The notes under the pieces: model-generated
The model's database searches: none
Seen by the model: the letters and a program-made list of their open reading frames with translations, nothing else
What the model was told of the DNA's origin: nothing
Made by a program: the position numbers and the translations under genes
In this document: positions 40,397-49,082 of the stretch, in pieces
Layout: every line of letters starts with the position of its first letter
Position numbering within the stretch: the first letter of the stretch is position 1
DNA from: Methanobacteriota archaeon
GTDB taxonomy: Archaea; Thermoplasmatota; Poseidoniia; Poseidoniales; Thalassarchaeaceae
Reading direction: 5' to 3'
Length of the DNA stretch: 64,000 bases
Assembly (NCBI GenBank): GCA_029977385.1
Contig: JAPOKZ010000002.1
Coordinates: 15,492 to 79,491 of the forward strand

Positions 40397-40729
40397 CTAA
40401 TCCTCATCTCTTCGTGCCTTGATTATACTGTGAGGGTTCGACTCTCCTTGGACGTCTTTCCCCTTTATGTTCATCACCGACGCAATGGCCATCATCACCG
40501 CTATCACTGCAAATGGCCTTGCAATGTTCTTTGAACCCCATATTTCTCCTCCTGAATAGTGCAATACGAAAAGAAGTGCTGCGGAAGATAGGCAAATCAC
40601 AGAGATCATCCTCTGGGCTATTATCTCGCTCCTAGTTGTCTTTGATAGAGAACCTATCGCCATCCAGAGGAAAGTAGCCAGGCCACATAGACTCAGAGAG
40701 GCAGTCTCGGCCAACTCTAGATATTCCAC
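40397..40729 (-). CDS. Small membrane protein (3 TM)
   Basis: Three hydrophobic helices; CTCAAAC ~21 nt upstream. Confidence 0.65.
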   Translation of the reverse strand: MEYLELAETASLSLCGLATFLWMAIGSLSKTTRSEIIAQRMISVICLSSAALLFVLHYSGGEIWGSKNIARPFAVIAVMMAIASVMNIKGKDVQGESNPHSIIKARRDED

Positions 40730-40807
40730 GTGAAGACCCGATGAGAGGTGGTTTGAGTATGTTATGATTAATCAACAAGCCAATATATTGCACTATTATG
40801 GGCATTT

Positions 40808-41197
40808 ATGGGAATATCGCCCCGATCTAGGTGGTCCAATCGCGATGAATCATCATACAAGGAGCAGAGATTAGGAAACAAATCTGGAATTAGGCCTAGA
40901 ACGAGTAAATGGGCCGAGCCATTCGCAGACGCTTCTGCATCAATGCTAATTGTTGGGCAGTTGACAAGCCTGGTAACATTGGTAATGATGCATGCAGGAA
41001 AATCTCCCGATTCAGGATCTTTGGAGAATACCTCATGGGTACTAGGAGAATCGGCATTTCTGGTGGCCGGCGGCTTCGGAATCATCTCATTCCTCTGTTT
41101 ATTCAAAGTATCCTTTTCCCGAAAAGCCCCTAGGAGGAGGAAGAGGATGGCTAGAATTTGGCTACTATCTTTCCTCCTTTCGACACAACTGACTTGA
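40808..41197 (+). CDS. Hypothetical membrane protein
   Basis: Hydrophobic segments; fills the gap co-directionally with the next gene. Confidence 0.5.
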   Translation: MGISPRSRWSNRDESSYKEQRLGNKSGIRPRTSKWAEPFADASASMLIVGQLTSLVTLVMMHAGKSPDSGSLENTSWVLGESAFLVAGGFGIISFLCLFKVSFSRKAPRRRKRMARIWLLSFLLSTQLT

Positions 41198-41229
41198 GTG
41201 CCTAAGTACTCCGGAGGCTGGTAACCACC

Positions 41230-42093
41230 ATGCATCCAGCAACCAATGCAACTTTTGCAATCTCAGGATCTCTTCTATTCATTGGAATCCTCTTCTTAGG
41301 TACTGGGACCCCAATTCCTCTTCTCGACTCGACTGATGATGATTCGGAGGTACAGTTCTTCTTCTCTGGAACAGAGACAAACCTATCGTTCGAGCAAACA
41401 GACTCCGGGTCCAACAATGGATGGGCCGTTTACACCTATGGGTCGTATAACGACTCGGATGGAGATGGTCGGTGGGACGATTGCTTTTCAGTCGAGATTT
41501 CACTTCTGAATGAATCGGGAGAGGACTTCCATTACCCAGCTTGTGAAGTTTCCACTCAAAGGGAAGATATCGCCGATATGATATACATAGGCCAGCTTTG
41601 CTTCGATCCAAACAACTCTTCCTCTCCTAGCTGTAGTGACGGCAACTACTCTATGGAGTCAAGCCGATTTGTTAGAATTTCCCAAGAGTTCGAAAAACCG
41701 GACGTTTCCATATTGTCCTCAATTGCCGGTTGGTTCAGAGAAGGGCTAGTTTCCGGGGTCTCCCTAATTTGTGGAGGGTTAATGTTGTTTTCACTCGCGA
41801 TGCTACTCGCAATAGCCCTGCCGGATCCCTCGGAAGAACCAGTAAAAAAGAAGAGAAGCGGGCCAACCGCAGAATGGCGGGCATACTCCCTATCTGGACA
41901 GGAGAGGGGGGATGATGGCATGCCCAAGGCATTCAGCAGACATTCCGAGAGGAAGGATCTCTTTAGGAAGCCCAGGAAGGGAAATGTAATCGGTGGCGTC
42001 CATAAGTCAGGCGGATTGTATCTGGAGGGGTGGAAGTCGGAAGACTCAGATGCTGCATACAAGAAAAAAGTGGAAGATAAAAGGGGAAAATGA
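41230..42093 (+). CDS. Hypothetical membrane-anchored protein
   Basis: N-terminal TM, DSDGDG Ca-binding-like loop, second TM and basic C-terminal tail. Confidence 0.7.
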   Translation: MHPATNATFAISGSLLFIGILFLGTGTPIPLLDSTDDDSEVQFFFSGTETNLSFEQTDSGSNNGWAVYTYGSYNDSDGDGRWDDCFSVEISLLNESGEDFHYPACEVSTQREDIADMIYIGQLCFDPNNSSSPSCSDGNYSMESSRFVRISQEFEKPDVSILSSIAGWFREGLVSGVSLICGGLMLFSLAMLLAIALPDPSEEPVKKKRSGPTAEWRAYSLSGQERGDDGMPKAFSRHSERKDLFRKPRKGNVIGGVHKSGGLYLEGWKSEDSDAAYKKKVEDKRGK

Positions 42094-42094
42094 C

Positions 42095-42250
42095 TCAAAG
42101 CAGCAGAGGAACGAGAATCATAAGTATCCCCACCATCACGATTACTCCTATTGACCTGATCAGAAGTCCGAATATCGAATCTAGAACCATGCCGCTGTAG
42201 GGCTTTCGAGCCTTTCTCACGTAGACCGGAGAAACCTCTTCTTCATCCAT
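42095..42250 (-). CDS. Small single-TM protein (51 aa), not in ORF track
   Basis: Translated by hand as MDEEEVSPVYVRKARKPYSGMVLDSIFGLLIRSIGVIVMVGILMILVPLLL*; starts 9 nt after the nadE stop. Confidence 0.6.
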   Translation of the reverse strand: MDEEEVSPVYVRKARKPYSGMVLDSIFGLLIRSIGVIVMVGILMILVPLLL

Positions 42251-42259
42251 AACCTAGCC

Positions 42260-43036
42260 TCAATCATCCGGATACAATTTGAAAACCGGAATCGGATTCA
42301 TTTTATGCGAATTTGATTTATTCAGCCTCTGGTAGATGTCCAAGACCTTCCTTTCGCGTTCAGATAAATCCTTATCGCTAGGAAATTCCGATTCCTTCAT
42401 GGCCCACTCTAACTCTTCGTATGAGGCGCCTAACTGCTCTTCATCCGATCTTCCATCTCCCCACAGTCCGTCAGTAGGGGCTGCTTGAATTATTTCTTCG
42501 ATGATATCCAATTCGTGTGCAAGGAAGTATACCTCAGTCTTGAGTAAATCCGCAATCGGAGATATATCTACTCCTCCATCACCATATTTTGTGTAAAAAC
42601 CAACTCCGAAATCTTCTACTTTGTTGCCTGTCCCTACCACCATTCCTCCGTTAGAACCAGCAGTTGCGTACAAGGCAGTCATTCGAAGTCGGGCACGAGA
42701 GTTTGCCAGTGCTAAATCGGAAACTTCATTCTTTGAAATCGACTCTACAAAACTGTCATACGTCCCTGAAAGGTTGAGTATCCTTTCCTCTACGTTGTCA
42801 AAATTGTCCTTTAGCCAAGAGATATGTTTCATGGACAAATCGTTCTGCTGTGTTTTTTGATGAATAGGCATATTCACCGCTATCGTGCGGATCCCAGTTC
42901 GTGCTGAGAGAGTTGAGGTCACTGCAGAATCCACTCCTCCCGATACACCAACAATTAGCGACCGGATATTATTTTCCTGAGCATAGTCCGAAATCCAACT
43001 GGTTATTTCTTCCGCCAAGGCATTCCAATTCCGCAT
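42260..43036 (-). CDS. nadE: NH3-dependent NAD+ synthetase
   Basis: GVSGGVDS, NSRARLRM, GTGN, FYTKYGDG and PTDGLW. Confidence 0.95.
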   Translation of the reverse strand: MRNWNALAEEITSWISDYAQENNIRSLIVGVSGGVDSAVTSTLSARTGIRTIAVNMPIHQKTQQNDLSMKHISWLKDNFDNVEERILNLSGTYDSFVESISKNEVSDLALANSRARLRMTALYATAGSNGGMVVGTGNKVEDFGVGFYTKYGDGGVDISPIADLLKTEVYFLAHELDIIEEIIQAAPTDGLWGDGRSDEEQLGASYEELEWAMKESEFPSDKDLSERERKVLDIYQRLNKSNSHKMNPIPVFKLYPDD

Positions 43037-43047
43037 GTGGGTCCCTC

Positions 43048-43263
43048 CTAAATTTCAATCGCATGATAACCTGTCGAGTTAACTATCTCTATTACTCGGT
43101 CAATAGAAACATCACTCAAAGTAGTGATGTATCCTTTGCCCGTTTCATGAGATATATCAGCATCAATAACCCACAAGGCTTTGTTGAGGACTGTAGTGAC
43201 TCTTTTTGAGCATCCGCCACACGTCATCCCGTTAATCTTCAACTTGTGCACAATTTCTGCCAT
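43048..43263 (-). CDS. copZ: Copper chaperone (HMA domain)
   Basis: GMTCGGC and TGY; adjacent to copA. Confidence 0.85.
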   Translation of the reverse strand: MAEIVHKLKINGMTCGGCSKRVTTVLNKALWVIDADISHETGKGYITTLSDVSIDRVIEIVNSTGYHAIEI

Positions 43264-43313
43264 AATCCATGCAATTTCGCATTTGATTTTAATTATCGTA
43301 TTCTACGTGTGGG

Positions 43314-45575
43314 TTAGGTAGGCTCCCATCTCCTGAGCAGAAGAGAATTTCCAACCACGCTTACTGAAGACAGCGACATCGCCGCAGCAGCGAATGCAGG
43401 CGGTAACAATTCTCCAGTCCATGGATAAAATAAGCCCATTGCAATAGGGATGCCAATCAGGTTGTAAAGAAACGCCCAAACTAAATTACTCCTTATTTTG
43501 TTCATCGTTGCCCTCCCTAAATCCAATGCTGCAACTGCATCAGATAGGTCATTTCGAATTAGAACTATGTCCGCACTCTCTAGAGCAATCTCACTCCCCG
43601 AACCCATTGCTATTCCTACGTCTGCAACTGCTAGAGCCGCTGCATCGTTTATGCCGTCTCCAATCATGGCAACCGTTCCACCCTTCTGTAAATCCAGAAT
43701 TGCATCGGCCTTTTCATGAGGCTTAACCTCCGATATCACTCTGTCAATTCCAACTGTAGCCGCTATTGTACTCGCGACCTCTTCTCTGTCGCCTGTCAAC
43801 ATCACTACTTCGATTCCATTTTTTTGCAGTGCCGCTACGGAAGACTCAGAATTCTCACGGATTTCATCTGCTACCTCAATATACCCCAATATCTCTTTCT
43901 CTTCAGAGACAAGAATTACAGTTCTTCCCAGTGTAGATCTTGTTCCAATCTCCTCTTCGATTCCTTCTGGCATCCCAACCCCTAACTGCTCCATCATCGC
44001 TAGATTCCCAACTCCAACAATAGCTCCGTTCATAACGCCGGATAAACCCATTCCTGGGAATGTCCTAATAGCGTCAATTTTGTATCTTTCACATCCATAT
44101 TCAGTTGATGCAGAGTTTATTGCACTAGCAATTGGGTGGGTTGACTCGTATTCTAAACCGGAGGATATTGATAGAATCTTTTCCCTACTACCTCGCAAAA
44201 CATTGATTCCGCTAACTCTGGGTCTTCCAGAGGTTATGGTTCCGGTCTTGTCCATAACCACTATACTGGTCGAATGTGATTTCTCCAATGCAGATATTCC
44301 CTTGATCAATAAACCCTGGGAGGCCCCCGTGCCAGTCCCCACGACCAAGGCAGTTGGCGTTGCAAGCCCTAAAGCACATGGGCAAGCTATCACGAGTGTA
44401 CTGACCAATACCATGACAGATATCTCTGCCGCTGACATGGCTGAACCAGGCGCAAACTTGTCCGCATAGATTAGCCAGAATGAGGAAGCAATTATGGCTG
44501 CAAACATAACTGTAGGTACGAAGACTCCCGATACCCGATCAACTAATCTTTGAATCGGTGCTTTCCCCATTTGCGCTTCTTCAACTAACTGGATTACCTT
44601 TGAAAGCATAGTTTCATGAACGAGTGAAGTAGTTCTAGCCAGCAAAGTCCTGTCCATTACGATAGTTCCCGCAACAACTTTGTCACCAGGCCCTTTTGAA
44701 ACTGGGGTGGACTCTCCAGTCATCATCGACTCGTCTATCATGCCGATTCCATCTTCTATCGTTCCGTCTAACGGAACGGTCTCGCCCGCCAGTATCTTGA
44801 CTAGCGAACCCTTTGGAACTAAATCCACTATTTTCTCTTGAATTTCTCCATCATCTGTTACCAATCTAGCATTTCTCGGCTGGAGCTTCATTAGCCCGTG
44901 AATGGAGTCCGTAGCCTTCAGTTTGGCTCTTGATTCTAAGTATCCTCCTAACAAGACAAATGAGATAATGAACGATGAGCCATCGAAATAAACGTGATCC
45001 GACTCTCCCAGAAAATTCGGTAACGCCGAAATAATGGGGGCGAGAGTGACAGAGCATGACCAAAGCATGGCCACAGAAGTGCCGATATGGACTAATACAT
45101 CCATGTTAGCGATTCTATTAGCGATTGATTTCCATGCACCTAGATGAAATTCTAATCCGCAGTAAAAGTAAACAAATGTTGATAGAATCATCGCAAGAAA
45201 AAGACGGGTGTTCAATGAATTCCACTCCCCAAAATCATCTTCCATCATAGTCAACCAAAAAATAGCACACGAAAGGGAGAGTGAAATAATCACTCGCGTA
45301 AGTTGCTTTGAGACTTCTTCTTCTTTCTTCCTTCTGACTTTCAGAGCTGGGATTAACTCCATCGCACCAAAACCAGCACCAGTTATCGCATCCACACATT
45401 CTTTAATTTCGGACTCTGAAAATCGCTCAGGAAATGATATAGTCGCTCTTTCTAATGTCAGATTCACTTCAGCCTTAGTGATTGACTCAATTCCAGATAG
45501 CACCCGCTCAACGGATGAAGCACACGCCGCACATGTCATTCCCGTAACACTTAGTGTTAATTTGCGATCATCCAT
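43314..45575 (-). CDS. copA: Cu(I)-exporting P1B-type ATPase
   Basis: GMTCAAC, TGES, CPCALGLATP, DKTGT, HP, GDGIND, YN and MSLSS. Confidence 0.95.
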   Translation of the reverse strand: MDDRKLTLSVTGMTCAACASSVERVLSGIESITKAEVNLTLERATISFPERFSESEIKECVDAITGAGFGAMELIPALKVRRKKEEEVSKQLTRVIISLSLSCAIFWLTMMEDDFGEWNSLNTRLFLAMILSTFVYFYCGLEFHLGAWKSIANRIANMDVLVHIGTSVAMLWSCSVTLAPIISALPNFLGESDHVYFDGSSFIISFVLLGGYLESRAKLKATDSIHGLMKLQPRNARLVTDDGEIQEKIVDLVPKGSLVKILAGETVPLDGTIEDGIGMIDESMMTGESTPVSKGPGDKVVAGTIVMDRTLLARTTSLVHETMLSKVIQLVEEAQMGKAPIQRLVDRVSGVFVPTVMFAAIIASSFWLIYADKFAPGSAMSAAEISVMVLVSTLVIACPCALGLATPTALVVGTGTGASQGLLIKGISALEKSHSTSIVVMDKTGTITSGRPRVSGINVLRGSREKILSISSGLEYESTHPIASAINSASTEYGCERYKIDAIRTFPGMGLSGVMNGAIVGVGNLAMMEQLGVGMPEGIEEEIGTRSTLGRTVILVSEEKEILGYIEVADEIRENSESSVAALQKNGIEVVMLTGDREEVASTIAATVGIDRVISEVKPHEKADAILDLQKGGTVAMIGDGINDAAALAVADVGIAMGSGSEIALESADIVLIRNDLSDAVAALDLGRATMNKIRSNLVWAFLYNLIGIPIAMGLFYPWTGELLPPAFAAAAMSLSSVSVVGNSLLLRRWEPT

Positions 45576-45759
45576 CGCGAACCTCCCGTTTAGAACAACA
45601 CTCCGTTAATTGCCATTCTCCTGCATCCAGAGAAACACACCCACATCCGCAGGTGCACATCCAGCCCACGGAATCCCACCCCTTTCCACCATCGGAACGA
45701 GAGTAAATTCGCTTCATTTTACAGCCACAGTCACAAGCCTTTGCCGGTATTCTAGGCAT
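45568..45759 (-). CDS. Small Cys-rich protein (63 aa, 9 Cys), putative metal-binding
   Basis: CDCGC...CTCGCGC...CC; overlaps the copA start; ATG lies 24 nt downstream of a TTTATA box. Confidence 0.7.
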   Translation of the reverse strand: MPRIPAKACDCGCKMKRIYSRSDGGKGWDSVGWMCTCGCGCVSLDAGEWQLTECCSKREVRDG

Positions 45760-45774
45760 TGTTCTCCCGATTAT

Positions 45775-45806
45775 TGTAGTCAATATAAATACTATTATTG
45801 ACTACA
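45775..45806. promoter_or_regulatory. Perfect 11-bp inverted repeat (operator) overlapping the TATA box of the cop operon
   Basis: TGTAGTCAATA-N10-TATTGACTACA; minus-strand TTTATA at 45784-45789. Confidence 0.75.
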
Positions 45807-45891
45807 TAAAATAATTTTATCCAAAAAAGAGATATAAATTTTGAAATTAGACTCCCCCAACTTCAAAAAAACCAATCAACCCCACCATCCC

Positions 45892-48800
45892 GTGGTAGTG
45901 CCCAAGACAGTAGGGGAATTGGATTCTGTTTCTCTAGAATCTAATCAAATCCTCAATTGGCAGGAAGAAGGGACCTTTGAACGAAGTATCGACCAAAGAC
46001 GAGTTCATGAATCCCCGTTCACATTCTTGGAGGGGCCCCCAACAGCAAATGGGAAACCCGGAATCCACCATGTCATATCCAGACTATTCAAAGACTTGGT
46101 TTGTAGATGGAAGACAATGGAGGGCCATGTAGTAGAAAGGAAGGCAGGATGGGACACGCACGGCCTTCCAGTTGAAATCGAAGTCCAGAAACAATTGGAT
46201 CTCATGAGTAACGAAGCTATCGAGAAATATGGGATGGAGGCATTCAACAAGAAATGTAAGGAGAGCGTTTGGACCTACGAAGAGGCATGGAGGGAGATGA
46301 CAGAGAGGATGGGCTTCTGGGTAAACATGGAGGACCCATATGTGACTCTACACGATGAATACATAGAATCGGCATGGTGGTCACTTAAGCAGATGTTCCA
46401 GAAGGGACTATTGTTCCGTGGACACAAGGTGCTTCCTTATTGTCCTCAGACTGGAACGAGTTACTCAACTCACGAGGTCTCACAGGGATACAAGGAAGTC
46501 ACAGAACCCGCAGTCTTCGTGAAGTTCAGACTAGAGGATGACAATGCTTCAGTTCTTGCTTGGACCACCACTCCGTGGACTCTCCCAGGAAACGTCGGAT
46601 TGGCCGTTGGACCAGATGTGACATACTGCAGAGTGAGAATCACTGAACCGGCTTCCGAGTCATGGGAAGGGCGAGGAGGAGGAGAAGTTGGCGAGGAACT
46701 GATATTGGCCAAGGACCTTATTGGGAACGTAATGAGAAATCATGCTGACGTGATAGAGGAATTCCCGGGCTCGGCTCTTGTCGGAAAGTCATACTCGCCC
46801 CTATTCCCAGGTGCAATTGACAGGGGATCATCCGAGTCAGCATGGACGATTGTCTCTGCAGACTTCGTCACCACCACCGATGGAACAGGGGTGGTCCATA
46901 CTGCTGTGATGTACGGTGAGGATGACTACAGGTTAGGGATGGAGGTCGGATTCCCGGCACAGCACACAGTTGGCATGGACGGGTCTTTCGTTTCCGGAGT
47001 CCATGAGAATCTAGATGGACGATACGTGAAGGACTGCGATGACGAGATCATCAGACTATTGGATGCCAGGGGACTTTTGTACAGGGAGCATGATTACACT
47101 CACGACTATCCCCATTGCTGGAGGACAGACCACCCCCTTCTATACTATGCAATGGACAGCTGGTTCGTCAGGATGACGGCTGTCAGGGACCAGATTCTTT
47201 CTCACAACTCTAGCGTCGAATGGGCCCCCGAGTGGACCGGGACAAAGAGGATGGGCGAGTGGCTATCCAACATCAAGGACTGGGCCATCAGTAGGGAGAG
47301 ATACTGGGGGACTCCTATTCCAGTCTGGATCTGCCCCGATTGCGGGGCCGAGCACTGCGTCGGAAGCATAGAGGAGATGAATAAGATGAGTACCGCAGAC
47401 TCCCCTACTCCCCAGGAACTACACAGGCCATATGTCGACGACGTGAAATTGGTGTGTACGAACAAAGAATGCTCAGGCGAGATGGTCAGGGAGCCCTATG
47501 TCATGGATTGCTGGTTCGATTCTGGATGTGCTTCGTTCGCACAGTGGCACTATCCATTCGAGAATGAAGAATTGTTCGAAGGTTCGTTCCCAGTAGACTA
47601 CATCTGCGAGGCTGTCGATCAGACTAGAGGCTGGTTCTACTCGTTACTTGCGGTTGCAACCACAGTGTTCGATGAGCCTTGCTTCCGGAGATGCCTATCC
47701 TTGGGGCATATACTGGACAAGGACGGAAAGAAGATGAGCAAATCAAGAGGAAACGTTGTGAATCCATGGGATCACTTCAACAAGGAGGGCGCCGATTCCA
47801 TCAGGTGGTACATGACCACACAAAGCGCACCATGGTCCCCTACCAATTTCGATCCCAATGGAGTTCGGGAGTCGTACGCAAAGATGTTCCTCACCCTCTG
47901 GAACGTCTACAGGTTCCATGCCGATTATGCAGCCCTGGATGGTTTCGATCCCGATGAAGAGTCAGCCTTCGTTCCAGTCAGCGAAAGGAGTCCATTGGAC
48001 CGTTGGATACTCTCCAAGGTCACCGAGATAGCCGATGACTATCACTCGAACTTCGTCTCATGGGACTTCCACAAGGCAGGAAGAGGATTAGAGGACTTCG
48101 TTGTCAACGATCTCTCAAATTGGTACGTCCGAAGATCAAGAAGGAGGCTATGGGATGAGGCAGATAGCAACGACAAGAGAGCGTGCCAGCACACCTTGCA
48201 TGAGGTCCTACTAGTGGTTTGCAGACTCATGGCACCGGTATCCCCCTTCACACCAGATCACATCCACAGGAGCCTGACCGGCTCCTCCGTCCATCTTGCC
48301 GACTGGCCGGTCGGCTCGGAGATTGTTGACAGAGCGCTCCCCAAAAGGGACTTCGGGCTTGAGCAGGAGATGGCTCTAGTGAGATCCCTAGCAGAGGCAG
48401 GTAGACGAATCAGAGTGGATTCGAACAGGAGGCAGAGGCTCCCTTGCAGGACAGGATGGATAGTCGGGGGGCCAGATATTTCGCGCTTCAGCGAGATACT
48501 AGCTGAGGAGCTCAATGTAGAGGTACTTTCTACAGAGAAGGATCTTGATGCCTTCCAGAGAATAGTCCTTGAGCCAAATAGGAAGGTACTCGGATCCAAG
48601 TGCCGTTCCGATCTCCCAGACGTTCTGGCCCAGCTAGACATGGCCGACCCCGAAGAACTACTGCTCGAGATAGAGGCGGGAATTGCCGCACTGGCAGGAT
48701 ACGAGATTACCATGTCGGACATTGAGATCAGGAGGGTCGAAAGGGAAGGTTTCGCCGCGCAGACTCTATCTTTTGAGGAGGGCGACGTATCCATTGTCCT

Positions 48801-49074
48801 GGATATGCACATCGACTCAGACCTCCTATCGAAGGGACTAGCTAGGGACATTACAAGAAGGATCCAAGCCAAAAGAAAGGAGCTTGACTTGCAAGTAGAG
48901 TCTTCGATAGTACTGTCGGTTTGGATTGAAGGAATGGAATTAGAGGACAGAGATTGGCAGCATATCACATCGGAGACTAGAGCAGGAGAGTCCTCACTGA
49001 ACGAAGGTGAACCCTCAGAAGAGTCTGACAAATTCGAGGTCGATGGGACTATTGTTCACTTCCAGATTCGTTGA
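45892..49074 (+). CDS. ileS: Isoleucine--tRNA ligase (archaeal/eukaryote-like type 2)
   Basis: EGPPTANGKPGIHH, GWDTHGLP, WTTTPWTLP, DWAISRERYWG and KMSKS; GTG start near 45892-45898. Confidence 0.96.
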   Translation: MVVPKTVGELDSVSLESNQILNWQEEGTFERSIDQRRVHESPFTFLEGPPTANGKPGIHHVISRLFKDLVCRWKTMEGHVVERKAGWDTHGLPVEIEVQKQLDLMSNEAIEKYGMEAFNKKCKESVWTYEEAWREMTERMGFWVNMEDPYVTLHDEYIESAWWSLKQMFQKGLLFRGHKVLPYCPQTGTSYSTHEVSQGYKEVTEPAVFVKFRLEDDNASVLAWTTTPWTLPGNVGLAVGPDVTYCRVRITEPASESWEGRGGGEVGEELILAKDLIGNVMRNHADVIEEFPGSALVGKSYSPLFPGAIDRGSSESAWTIVSADFVTTTDGTGVVHTAVMYGEDDYRLGMEVGFPAQHTVGMDGSFVSGVHENLDGRYVKDCDDEIIRLLDARGLLYREHDYTHDYPHCWRTDHPLLYYAMDSWFVRMTAVRDQILSHNSSVEWAPEWTGTKRMGEWLSNIKDWAISRERYWGTPIPVWICPDCGAEHCVGSIEEMNKMSTADSPTPQELHRPYVDDVKLVCTNKECSGEMVREPYVMDCWFDSGCASFAQWHYPFENEELFEGSFPVDYICEAVDQTRGWFYSLLAVATTVFDEPCFRRCLSLGHILDKDGKKMSKSRGNVVNPWDHFNKEGADSIRWYMTTQSAPWSPTNFDPNGVRESYAKMFLTLWNVYRFHADYAALDGFDPDEESAFVPVSERSPLDRWILSKVTEIADDYHSNFVSWDFHKAGRGLEDFVVNDLSNWYVRRSRRRLWDEADSNDKRACQHTLHEVLLVVCRLMAPVSPFTPDHIHRSLTGSSVHLADWPVGSEIVDRALPKRDFGLEQEMALVRSLAEAGRRIRVDSNRRQRLPCRTGWIVGGPDISRFSEILAEELNVEVLSTEKDLDAFQRIVLEPNRKVLGSKCRSDLPDVLAQLDMADPEELLLEIEAGIAALAGYEITMSDIEIRRVEREGFAAQTLSFEEGDVSIVLDMHIDSDLLSKGLARDITRRIQAKRKELDLQVESSIVLSVWIEGMELEDRDWQHITSETRAGESSLNEGEPSEESDKFEVDGTIVHFQIR

Positions 49075-49082
49075 AATTGAGA

